Source of the DNA: Lingula anatina
Lineage: Eukaryota > Animalia > Brachiopoda
Direction of reading: 5' to 3'
NCBI GenBank assembly: GCA_051362555.1
Contig: CM120648.1
Coordinates: forward strand, 8,614,587-8,678,586
DNA: 64,000 nt
Made by a program: the position numbers and the translations under genes. Positions 13,933-26,474 of this stretch are shown piece after piece; the first letter of the stretch is position 1, and each line of letters opens with the position of its first letter. The notes below the pieces were generated by a model, which made no database searches, was not told the origin of the DNA, and saw only the letters and a list, made by a program, of their open reading frames with translations.

Positions 13933-14078
13933 ATAGTTCGATAGTATTGTAATATGTTAGGTAGAAAAATTAAGGGAGGAACATCACAAAAGTGTGTTTT
14001 CGTCATCTTCTCTCTTGTCTCTTGAGTTGAAATTTTCCCAGGCATGAAAATCCAATAATAAACAGGTAGAACATACAG

Positions 14079-14150
14079 TCCGGTATGGTCTAGTGGCTAG
14101 GATTCCTGGTTTTCACCCAGGCGGCCCGGGTTCGATTCCCGGTACCGGAA
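14079..14150 (+). tRNA. trnE-TTC: tRNA-Glu (anticodon TTC), intact
   Basis: 72 nt. Acceptor stem TCCGGTA/TACCGGA, A-box TGGTCTAGTGG, anticodon arm CCTGG-TT[TTC]AC-CCAGG, T-arm CCGGG-TTCGATT-CCCGG. Pol III terminator TTTTT at 14155-14159. Confidence 0.96.
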
Positions 14151-15100
14151 AATATTTTTGTCTGTACGTGAAATTCACGCCAAGGTAGTCGACGGTGTAA
14201 CGCCATTTTGACCAGCCAACCAACGGACGTTGGTATCAAGTATTATTTCAAAATCAAGTTTTATCTCTAATCAATATATATTGGATATGATAATGATGCA
14301 AATTTAAAAGAAGAAAAAAGAAGAAACGGTATACCGGTATATTAAAAGTAGCCCGCGAAAAAGATTTTCCCTCGGAAAACTCTGCAAATACTAGGAAAAA
14401 CCTCTGTTACTCCATCCTGACACTTATCATAACTCTGAGACAATCTTGGGGAAATAAAGTTTTTAAGTCCGCCATCACTTCCAAAATAATCGTTACCTAC
14501 ATGAACAGTAGTACATGTAAGTACAGTTTTACGTGTAGACACTACATGTAAGTACTAATACACTGTGCCTATACAACAAATAGCATGAGATTTTATCAAA
14601 GAATCACTCAGCTGTCTAAAATCTATTGATCAGAACTAAGCTATCAACAATACGGATAACGGTAAATGTCGCGTATAAAACGGATCTGTCTCCGGGGTAA
14701 CAACTATGTGACCAAGTAATAAAGAATGGTATGGTATGATAAGGATGATATATGACGTCAGCGACCTCTAAGCAATAAGTGTTTGCATGCGGCAATGCAG
14801 TTCAGCAAAGGTCTTCATCATACTTCTAAACTGAACAGGGTAACTCGTGCGATGCGCTACACCTCGAACAGGTACAATAGGCATAATTAACAGTGATTTA
14901 TTGCTGAGACGTTATTGGTTGAGGTGAGATAAACAAATACTAGCTTCCCTTTTAAGATCCGGGTGTAAATTTTATGGGAATTTCTACAGGGGAGGCCCAG
15001 TGTATATAGACAGCGTACACGGCATAAGATCAGGAGGCGAGAGCTACAGTTATTTAGTACATATTGGCAGAGAAACAGTCTCAGCAGTTGGTTGCGGATC

Positions 15101-18100
15101 ATGCGGGCGTTGCTGTCTATTTTAGGTGAGCTGATATTACTCGTTCTAGTACTCTGGTATAAGTGAATGAGTGCTGGAGTACGTCAAAACGCTCGGGCCT
15201 GCTAGGCACGTGAGAAAGTAGGTGTGGCGGGTGAGGAGTGACATATTACGAGTATCACTCTGAATGAAATAACCGAGAGATCGTGATTTCACAGCAGTAT
15301 TGTCCAGTTGATTCCGCGAGGTCTTTATAGTACTTCCTGGTGTAAATGCCGTCCTGGTGTCTCACTGCTGCACTTTATATGAGATGTAAACAGCTATCGT
15401 TATACAATATATTATAGCATGTCTGAGCAGTGACCTATATTGTATAAATTGACAGTTGTCTGTACTAAAATAGGTCACGGCCCGATTTACATTGGTCCTG
15501 GTGAGGATCTTTTTAATTTTCACGTATCGTTTATAAAAATTTAGAGCAAATGCTACATGTAATAACATGGAATGTCATATAGAACACATATCCTTACACG
15601 CACGTATACCCTTCTATTGGAGGTGGGTGTCGGTTCGATGTGCACATTCCACACATTCTATATGTTTATATAATTGGACTGTTTAACCATAGGGTCTTTT
15701 ATCAAGTTGATTTTTACAGGCGGGTTCCTGTAACGTGTGCAACTATGGTGGGGGTTACTCACATAGACTATACTACAAGTACAAACAGTGTGTACATGTA
15801 CCTACATATGTTACGTGACCGAGGCGATATACGCTTTATTCGGTTTTAGGGTTGTTTTTCTGGGTGAAATGTGTAAATCATTACATGTAGATACCGGGTA
15901 CTTATGTGGTATTATTACCATTCTTTTTTCAACCATTGAACGCTCTTGAAAAAAGAATGGTATTATTACCATTCTTTTTTCAAGAGCGTTCAATGTTTGA
16001 TTATGTAAAAGCCAATGACAAAGTCGTAAAAAAGTACTGTAACAATTTTGGTGGCAGTTTTTAAGTTTGAAATACATGTTGGGCATTCACTCGTATCAAC
16101 TGCATTCACAAAGAAAAATGCAATCTGTATGACGGTTGAAAGCCGTTTCACCATCAATCATAATTAAAATAGCATACTGCAGTACAAGAAGGATACGTCT
16201 GTTAAAGTATTTTACTACAACTTATTGATTCAAATAAATCTTGCAATGCCTGAAAGTCCTACTGTATTCGTTAAAATACATAAATTCGATAACATTCGTC
16301 ATTCTTTTTATGCACACATTTCCTCCTTAATATATATTTTTTTGTTTTAGGCCCTATTTAGAATTATTTATTTCTAAAGCAAGTGTTGTTTCAGTTATTG
16401 TCCAGTTGACTAGTGCCAGCAAGATTGATATTGGTGGTACGTCATGGATAAAGGATGTTTTGCTGACTCATTTCTCGTTCACGCGACATCCCGACGTGAA
16501 CGTGACTGCAAAGATGGCGGCCCAGCTTTTTATTCAAAATGGGTTTAAGGCGTACGGATTAGAAGTTCTTACGAACTCTTTTCCAACAACCAGATCTGAC
16601 GTAAGAACTATTGATTACATGTGGTAATAATAATGTTAAGAAAAAAGAAAATCAGTTTAACTTGGCGTTAATTCGGTTTGTCTTAATAAGTGCACCTGTC
16701 TCTGAACATTTCCTATAATCAATTAGAAAATTATTGAAATTGCATCGGGAATAATTACAAGGACTTATTGGAAAAAAGAAATCAAAGTAATGTACTTTCT
16801 AGTGGGCTAGTGGTTCAGTAATCTACTTAAAAGATGCAATTTAAGTACTGATACATTTGCGAAAAGCTATGCAGTATTCCTAACCATATTCAGATAAAAA
16901 GTCTTCCGCTCTGGGTGGTTATTTGACCAGAGAAAAGAAATTTGAAAACCACTACATAACTAAATTTTTTCAATTTCATCTTTTTCCTCTTCATTTTTTT
17001 TTCAAAATGTAGGTGACGGGATATAATTATATTGGCGTAAAACGCGGTTTGCGCTATGGGACAGCAGACGACAGGCCAGTCATGCTTCTTGCCCACTACG
17101 ATACCGTCAGCACAACAGAAGGTAACACCTAAGGCTGCGTTCACATGGAAAATCTATTTTCTAAAAATCTAAAAATCTATTTTCGGTATCTTGTGATCAC
17201 GGTCTGTGCCCTGATTACCCCGCGGCGTAATTACTGGCAGCGCCGAGAATTAATTACAGCTTTGGAAGTAACTGGCTCGCGCTGCCCGTAATTACGCCGT
17301 GGGGTATTCAGGGCACAGACCGTGATCACAAGATACCGCAAATAGATTTTTAGATTTTTAGAAAATAGATTTTCCATGTGAACGGTCCCTTAAGGCCCTT
17401 TTCATAACGAGCGTTATACTTCAGCGATTCAATCTGTACCTGTACGTTTTGTAACCGTGGACGCTTTGTTTAGATTACTCTTGTAGCCTACGTAATGTAT
17501 ACGTAATTAACTTAATGATTAATTTTCAATTAAATTTTGTTATATTTGAATATTTGTTTTAACAACCCAGGGGTGGACGACAACGGCTCGGGGATAACTG
17601 CTTTACTTCAGGCGGCTAAAGCTCTGACGTCAACAGGGTGCACCTTTAATTACACTTTGATGTTTGCTGCAGTCGACTTCGAAGAAGGGATTGATTTGGA
17701 TAATGACAGTGAGTAGTATTTCAAAATAAATTGTATACGACTTACAACTGCATAAACGTCGATTGTATTTTGCAACATACCATAACTGTATGCAGCAGTA
17801 AGGTCTATCGCATATACATGTAACCCTTGCTTATATTGTTTTAAGAAAGGAAGGCGCGCGCGCGCACACACACACACGCGCACGCACATGCCTTCACATG
17901 ATATGCATTTTCATCACAGTAATAAATGATACCAAACCACTTATATCAATCCAAAATTATATTCATTGGTTTCTAACACTGACTCAATACGGCCTAAACT
18001 CACTAATACCTTCATTTAACAAATAAAATGTTTTTGAAAAGCAAAAAGTTCTGGTTTGAAATGATTAAAATCGATTTTACAAGCCAATCAACAGTTCAGC

Positions 18101-20127
18101 TGCAGAGGTTTGTGTGGAAGCAAGTTCTTGGCAGACGACTGGCTACCCAAGTGGTTTCAGAACGTCAGCGCCCTTGACCAAAACAACAACCCAACGTTTC
18201 AAGGCGCCATTGTTTTAGAGACTATTTTGCATATCAATATGACCAATGACAGCCAAATCGTCCCAGGCGCTTACAGACCGGTAAGTGTATATCTCTGTGA
18301 ACTTGCACCCCATTTTACACCAAACTGCACGTTAGTGTCTTTGGGTAAATAATTATGAAAACTTCAATGTATAAGGCTTAAAATATTTGGAGAAAATTCC
18401 TTTGTAGGCCCTATACAAGGCCCCTTGCAGATGATTTCAGTCACCATCAACACTTGCAAATGAAACAATAGCTCAACAGAAAATGTTTCTTCATTTGTCT
18501 TTACACAACGCTAAACAAACCCCGCAAACAGAAGCGGGCAGATTAATATAAAAACAACGCTTTCAGGGTAACCAACCTCCACAAATGGCGCTTAATTTCC
18601 ATTGCAGTACTTCCCTGACGTCTACACCAGAATCGAGGCCAGGGGACGGAGGGGAGACTTTATCGCAGCCATGGGTCGAGAGGGTCAACCTGAGATGGCC
18701 TTGCTGGACGCATTCACGGCCAGTTGGAAAGCTCAAAGCGCGTCACCGGAATTTGACGTAGAGAGGTTTAATATGCCGTACATCTCAAACCTTACATATG
18801 ACCTGGCATGGAATACTTATCGCGACTTGGTTCGCAGTGACCACTTGAGGTTTTGGCTGGGCGGGCTCCCGGCCATTTGGATAACGGATACAGGTGGGAT
18901 ATTTTGAATTGTATTAAATGTATATTTTAACCATTAGACTTATCCAGACGTGAATTTACAAGTTCACTCCCAACTGCTTAATACAATCAGAAATAATCCA
19001 TTTACCTTAATTGCTTCGCCTTGCGCGAGGTTTCCGTTTAATGAGTTTCTAAATGTAATCACTGAGCTAGTTTAATGTTGGCCAAAATGGTTATTTGTAA
19101 CGCCATTAACTTATATATTTCATACCAGCCAACTTCCGAGGTTCCATGAGAACATGCTACCACAGCCCATGCGACAACCGTCACCTAGCAACCGAGCAGA
19201 GCTTGGACTTCCTCGGGAAATCTACACAGTCATTGGTGGATGCACTTGCAGCGCTGGCTGAGTTCAATGTCTGTAAGTAAATGAATACGCACGATGGTTT
19301 TGCAAATACTGGTACAACTGTAACGTTAATTAGCCGAAACTTAAGTTAGGTCAACACCTACACCCACAACAATTACAGAATCCGCAGCAGGTATGGTAGT
19401 CTCGGTTTGTGATCTGTTAGAGAAAGATTACTTCTAAAGCTACTAGGGGGGTTCCACCTCTAGTCCTGCCTTGCTGCGCCGCGAGTAAATTAAAACTTGC
19501 GAATTGTAGATTTAGCAAGAGGGCAAGATGTTTCCTCGTTCCGAAGCAGGTGACTGCAGTTGTTTCATATCATTCATTTGTTGTTGTACGTACATGTAAG
19601 ACCTCAGTCGCTCTTTCTCTCTCATATTTTTGTAAGAACTTCTGTCTGGAACATCATTCTGTAATTAAGTTCAGACCCGTAGCCAGCAATTTCAAAAGAG
19701 AGGATTATTTTTCTGAAAAAGTAGACCATTTACCATGGAAGCTTCATGTACCTAGATAATACTTAACTCTGAGCGGACCTTTTCCCAGCAAAAGGGGGAG
19801 GGGGTTCTTTCGACCCCCCGAACTCCGCTTCCCCGGCTACGGACCTGAAGTTGGTAGAGTGTGACTTACGAACTAATCAAATATTGCACAAAGGTATTTG
19901 TGAAGAAATAAAAATAAAACAAATTTATTCTTTCTGTAAAATTGGAACTCCAATATGTGCTGCATGCTTCATTCTTTTGAAAATCCAACATAAAAGTTAA
20001 AGGTCCTGTTGATACCTTTACAGGTACAATGTCTACGACAACCGGCCCCGTGTCCGGAAGCAACTGCGTCCATGTTGACTCCATGTTCCTCACTGCGGCG
20101 ATTTATGCCATATGGCAGAGCCTTTAG
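15101..20127 (+). CDS. Secreted, possibly GPI-anchored M28-family zinc peptidase (YfbL-like), ~402-407 aa, 8 exons
   Basis: In-frame exons 15101-15125, 16395 (or 16380)-16600, 17013-17121, 17571-17708, 18084-18280, 18608-18893, 19129-19272, 20024-20127. Signal peptide MRALLSILVIVQLTSA. M28 motifs AHYDT, GVDDNGSG, DFEE, LETI, RSDH..FW..G.PAIWITDTANFR and CYHSPCD. C-terminal S/T spacer plus hydrophobic end MFLTAAIYAIWQSL*. Confidence 0.9.
15934..15995. repeat. Perfect 29-bp inverted repeat with 4-nt loop, plus an adjacent 25-bp direct copy
   Basis: cattgaacgctcttgaaaaaagaatggta-ttat-taccattcttttttcaagagcgttcaatg. The segment ggtattattaccattcttttttcaa also occurs at 15908-15932. Confidence 0.9.
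17133..17389. mobile_element. Near-perfect palindromic MITE (~257 bp; PIF/Harbinger-like termini) in peptidase intron 3
   Basis: Arms of ~110 bp: ggctgcgttcacatggaaaatctattttctaaaaatct...gatcacggtctgtgccctga and its reverse complement ending ccatgtgaacggtccc. Flanked by TAA / TTA. Confidence 0.85.
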
Positions 20128-21710
20128 TCATCTTTGACTTTTTTTCTCTTCGAAAATTAAGTGTTGACATATTACGTTTGTATATGTTGGCATACTATGT
20201 TAATGCCGATGGTGATTTTCACGTGATATACAGACTTACAAAACAAATGGCTTACTAGCGTTTTGAACATGTTTGAAAAGTATTACAATTGACTTGTAAA
20301 TTAACGTTAAAGCTAACATATTTGTGACACGTGTTTTAAAGGAGTAATAATTCACATGAGGGCTTACAATATATATATAACCTATGTGTTTCATTCGCAA
20401 AGATAACTTACAAGCTAGCAAATACAAAACAAACCAATTTAGTTGTTTGTTTTCTTACGGACTCTTAATTCACAACAGATTTGTTTATATACTCTACGTT
20501 ATTCTATTGAAATGACGTATTTAAATGAGCTGCAGACTTGACATTTGATATGAAATATTTCATTTTAAAATGTATGTCATTAAATATAAACTTTCAAACT
20601 TTACAAACTTTCATCTCTTATGAGCTACTTGAATAAAAGAATTTGTAATCAAAGAAAAATATTCCACATCAATGTCTGCATATAAAATGTACGTACAAGG
20701 ATGGGTTATATTAAAATACATAGAATTAAAGTATGTAACAACAACTTACTAAACTTCAGATAATCCAAAGATCACAAACTATTTCAAAAACCAATTTGTA
20801 AAACAAAGAATTAAAAAAAAACATAATATAATAATGAACTCTTAGACATTTACTAATGTACATTTAGTGATTAAGTATTCAAAAACATTTTCGTAACCTT
20901 ATCAATAAATTTTGATTGACTAATTCTTAAACAAGTATTAAATTAATGCACACTAAGTAATAAAAAGGGATAACAACTGTTCATTTTGACCAAAGATTTT
21001 CTTCGAGTAAACGACAATTTTCCCATACCTAACGATGGTTGACGAATCTTTTTCGAAAAAATTTGCCTTTTTGTAATTATATCTTATTATATCTGAAATT
21101 TCAAAAAGTAGCCATATATGGAGGTCATGTGGTCCATTGGCAAGCACAGTTTCCAGGATAATTGCGATTTCTACCGTTTTGGTAGTAAAATAGAATTTAT
21201 TGTATTTCTGAGTTTCTAACAATATATTTATCTATATTTTCTCATACGAAGAATCATTCTCCCTTTAGGAATTTAAAAACTAAAAATTGGTGGAAAGATA
21301 TCGATAAATTATATAATTAATCAACTTTTTTTACATTTATGAAACTATTCCACTATTCTTTATAAATTGTTTGCGCAATTCCCCGTAAACACTGCCTATA
21401 CGTCCCCTCTTATACCTACGTGCAACTTAATTAAATGGTCACCCCCTTCACTTTACTTACTTGGACTCTGTAAAAATGACCCCCCCCCCCCCCCCCCCCC
21501 CCGCTATACGTTAAGCGTCGTAACAAATTTCAAATTAAGCAAAGATTTATGGAGCTAGTGCTTTCTCTCTATATATAGCCCGAGTGTCCTAGCTTCAACG
21601 ATATATTTGTATCATATATTCTTTATGTTACGACGCAGTTACTAGCCTATATCCATGACTGTAACTTATTTGTGCAGGTGTATATCAATAAAGGTATCTG
21701 AATCTGAACC

Positions 21711-22376
21711 CTACGGTCCAGACAATGAGTGCCCCGCCCCGCCAGTTCTCCCAGCAGTCTCACCTTCAATCCCACTTCCGGTTCCGGTTTGTCCTCTTCT
21801 CCTTTCCCCTCTTGCCTTTCTGAACTTCATATTATCACTTCCTTTAATTACTTTACTTGGACCTTCTTCAATCGCTCTCTCCTCGACCCACCTAACGGCG
21901 TGCACGGCGTTGCGCTTCAATCGTCGGCCCCTTTTCCAGAAGCAATTTAGGTTTCTTCGCATGGGTTTGGTGTGTCGATCCATAGATAAGCAATCTGAGA
22001 TCACGACGCTGCCGACGAGGCACAGCAAAATCAACATACCCGTGATACCGTAAAATGGTCCTTGCGGTGACTCTTTGGGTGGTGTCGTTTTCCTTGAAGA
22101 CTTCGGCATGGCAAATGCGTTCTTCACCTCGGAATGGTCTTTGAAAATAAAGAAAATGTAAAAACGTGTACTAATTGCTATAAAATTTGAATTAACTCTC
22201 TATGAGGTGCTCTGAATAAAATTCATTTAAAAATAAATTGTTCTTAAATTCGAGACTGGACTTTTACCGTCTAATTTTACTCCATTATTCATCTCTAGGA
22301 AACCGTTTATACAAGTTTATACAAATGTGCCGGTACAGGGTATTATAGGCCTCTACTCGTTTTAATTACTAGCACA

Positions 22377-22432
<56 letters not shown>

Positions 22433-25400
22433 TTATCAATGTTTCCTCAAATACAATAAAATGGACACACATTAAAATAGCTTCATTGTAAATGTTACTC
22501 AACTGTAACATTCCATCAGCTCAGGCTCCCAGTGGCCGTGGCCATAACACGTGGTTACCCGCTGGCGCCCCCCTGAGGAAAACACTTTATCGTCTCTGCA
22601 CCAGTACCGAATCTTGGTGCCATAGCTTGTACTATTGTAGGGTTCTACCTCCACGCTTGAAGAGTTCAGTAACTGATCACTTGGACAGATGACCACTGTA
22701 AATATAAATTAACATTTAAAATACTTTCGTAATCAACATACTTGTATTTGTTTAATGGACTTGAATTCTTGATTTAGGACACACATCTGTCGTCATAAAT
22801 GATCCTTTAAATATGCCTTTCTTAATTCTATGTTGCTGAAATACTATGTTGATGAAACGTGTAATAATTACATTTACAAATATCCGGTCTCCACGTGCCG
22901 TTCTGGGAACATGTCAACGCCTTTGTTCTGGTTTTATCATTAAACCTGTAGCCGTCTTTGCACCGGGTCATCAGCGTGGTGTTTACACTGAACTTGTTCT
23001 TGTTTCCCATTGAATCGAAAGATTCTGTGTCCGCAAGGGGAGCTTCAGAAAAATTAACCTTGGATATGTTTAGAACGGACAGAGAGGCAACCGCAAATGG
23101 CAAGGCACAGCTGGCAACAGAGACGTTGGGCGTGAATTCTGTAAATGTTGGCGTGGTTTCAAGGGCGGTTGTCGTGGTTTCATAGTCGGAGGGCGTAGTT
23201 TGGTTGAAAGGAGGTGTATATCCGGAGAAGGGAGGTGTTGTCTCGCCGGCTGTTATGGTTTCGGTGACAAGCCGCGTGGTTTCGGTGTCTATAGGCGTGG
23301 TCTTCATAAATGGTGATGCATTCTCGGTGAGTGTGGGCGTGGTCTCCATGAGGTGTGACGCGTTCTCGGTGACTGTTGGCGTGGTCTCGGTGACTGTTGG
23401 CATGGTCTCCGTGAGGGGTGACGCATTCTCGATGACTGCGGGCGTGGTTTCAGTGACTGCAGGCGTGGTATCAGTGAATCTTGACGCATTCTCGGTGACT
23501 GTGGGCGTGGTTTCAGTGACTGTAGGCATGGTCTCCGTGAGGGGTGACGCATTCTTGGTGGCTGTGGGCGTGGTTTCGGTGACTGTAGGCATGGTCTCCG
23601 TGAGGGGTGACGCGTTCTTGGTGACTGTGGGCGTGGTTTCGGTGACTGTAGGCATTGTCTCAGTGAGGGGTGACGCATTCTTGGTGATAGTGGGCGTGGT
23701 TTCGGTGACTGTAGGCATGGTCTCAGTGAGGGGTGACGCATTCTTGGTGACAGTGGGCGTGGTTTCGGTGACTGTAGGCGTGGTCTCCGTGAAGGGTAAC
23801 GCGTGTCCAGTGACTGTGGGCGTGGTCTCAGTGAATTTAGGCTGGGTGTCAGAGACACTGAAGATTGTGACGTCACTAGTGATGTCACCAGGGCTTGGCA
23901 TCGAGGCACATCTACTGGAAGTAGGTGTTCCTGGAATTCAAACAAATAAAATCAATGCTTTCACTCTGAATTTAGAAAAAAATCCTTTTCCGAGCATATG
24001 ATTATAGATAGATTTCACTCCCAAGATACATGTCAGTTAGAGTGAAAAAGAGTTCAGAACGATAGAAATGAGAAAAAAAATTACAAATATCCCCGTACAA
24101 TTAAGGACCATGAGTAAACTGAAAGAAAGTTATAACCCCCAAAAAAGACACCAGTCCAAATATTGCTTATGTAATACTGGATGTACTTGAGTCTGTTTCA
24201 AACAGTCACTGAATAGCTTTTTTTTTTTTTTTTTGGGGGGGGGGGGTGCAAAAATAAAAATTAAAAGTGGACGCGCAAGTTCCTTACGACAAGACAGGAA
24301 TGGCAGTTCTAAGAATGACAGTCCTAGAAATGCTAATCATGTTAATTGTAGTCCAAGCAACGGTAGTCCTAGGAATTTAAGTTAGAAATCCCACTAAATG
24401 AGTACAGGCTAGGGTTATAGTCTGAGTATCTGAGTTAATATATGGGGAAAATGTCAACTGTTCAAAGTAACTGAGAATTACAGACTACCGTTCCCAGCAG
24501 ACCTGTCACAGTTTAATATTTACTATACCTGAGACACAGGTGTACTTGACTTCAAGGTAATTATAATCTCCAGGGCATTCATTTTGGAGTGACAAATCCA
24601 ATAATGATATAGACCCGGAGGTAGTATTCTCAAACACTCCTACAACTTTCTGGTAAGCTTGGGTGGAATTGCAGGCTGGTAAACTAGTCACGTGGTATCC
24701 TGAGGACTCACACATAAACTGTAGCTCTCTTCCGTACATGGCATCTACTATATGGATGGTAGAGTTAACCGGACACGTGATAGTCAGATTATCTTGTCGA
24801 CATGCTCTTGTGGTATTGTATCTGTCTGAAAATGAAACCAATCGGAATCGTGGCGTCAACCATGTGGATGACTTTTAAGGTTGTATATTAGCACGAAACA
24901 TGCAATGATTGATTTTCTACCCGATCGTCCGAGCAATGTACAAAACAGCATCGCTTACATTGATAAATAGGGTCTGTGCATTTTCGTTACACGGAAATTG
25001 ATTACGCCATATTACTTGTATAATGTACAGCATGAGAAAATGTTGATAGCCTCTACTTGAATGCACTACATGCATGGTAGTAACATGTTACATAAATTAT
25101 AAGGCGTAAGTGAGGAAAAAAAAACATCGGAAGCAATGAATGTGTTCAATAGCAAACTTCTTAATCAGAACGGGTAATTAAGATCAGTGACCAGAGCGTC
25201 TGTGCCAACTTTTGGTTTTCACGCTTAAGTATAATTTTAATAAAACGTGAACACAAGAGGAAAGGTAGTCTACTTTGATGGTTATCACAAAACGTACCAT
25301 AAACGCAAACGAACTTGTTGTCTTGGTCACAATGCTCTTGTAGAAATGTACCATGTGCACCAGTAATCTGCTGGAGACAATATGAAAACTCGTAATCAGC

Positions 25401-26348
25401 TGGAAGAGAAATGCCGATATCAATCAACCATTCTTCCATACACTGACAAGTCTTTGTGTTGTAATAACATTGCCCTGTTTATGATATTCAGTATAAATTA
25501 TTTCGCACTTAAAGCAATTGTTGTATAAAATTTTATTTTACTCTGTATATTGCTCCAAAAGGAAAATGATTTCCGATTTTAATAATTGGCTAAATAAACT
25601 CTTATCTTATCTTATCCCTTTACTCAACACAAAAAATAGCATTTTTCTAACATCCTACATGTAATACCATTCTTTGGCCAAGTTTAACTTAGCTGGTTAA
25701 ATTATAAAAACAATTCTATTTTGAAATCATACAGAGAAGTTCCGTTTCTTTTGTGGCGATGGGACAGCTTTAATTGATATACATATGCTTAGGTAATATT
25801 TGTACTTGTGTTTCATTTTCTTCGTGTGTCAATTTTTTATTCTTTAGATGAAATATCCCAACACTCTTCTAGACTTTTATGAGTACCATATCTGAAAAGT
25901 CTGTTGAATACTGGAAAGTGATGTATTTTACAAAACCACAATATTCCGTTTTTTTTAACTGTTTTTAAACTGTAACATGTCACAATTAAGCATTTAAAAT
26001 CAGGCACTCTTTGACGTCCAATATTCTGACACAGCTCAGTTTTGGGAAAAAATTGAACAAAGAACTTTCATTATTCTAATTTTCATTATTGTGTTAAATT
26101 AATTTTAAAATTCCATAATAGAGCAATCTATTTTGCCAAATAATTTTGTGATATTTAAAAGTATCGACCTACCAGGAAGAATTTCTCTGTTAGGACAAAA
26201 TTGCTGAGCAACACATGGGCTGTCACCAGATTTGAGCCAGTAACAACGACGGTCGTTACAGTAATGAATGTCCTCATTGGGGTTCCACGCAAAATTATCT
26301 GAAAATGCAATCATCACGGTTCTTCGTCAACAAGGATAACATGCATTA

Positions 26349-26386
<38 letters not shown>

Positions 26387-26441
26387 ACAAAACGAATGCA
26401 CAATACTATTGCGTGTAAGTAGATGCCGTGTTATTGAGAGA

Positions 26442-26474
<33 letters not shown>

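Noticed and set aside
13880-13941. tRNA-Glu-derived copy with anticodon TTA (apparent ochre suppressor)
   Set aside because: Position 33 is C, the 5' acceptor strand is mutated, and the T-arm and 3' strand are deleted. The following tagttcgatag matches array spacer sequence (cf. 42961), not a T-loop. It cannot fold into a tRNA.
21655-22053. Plus-strand ORFs conserved in both duplicates (also 44900-45313, 22492-22692, 45739-45939)
   Set aside because: Antisense to the TM/tail and Sushi exons. Conservation is explained by the minus-strand gene.
23204-24001. 265-aa plus-strand Val-rich ORF and 213-aa alternative-frame ORF (also 46538-46989)
   Set aside because: Antisense or off-frame shadows of the stop-poor mucin repeat.
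25400-25475. Possible 5' extension of the CTL-like exon ([15 protein letters not shown]...)
   Set aside because: Paralog B lacks the AG and has a 1-bp indel here. The shared ctcttccag acceptor at 25400/48449 is preferred.
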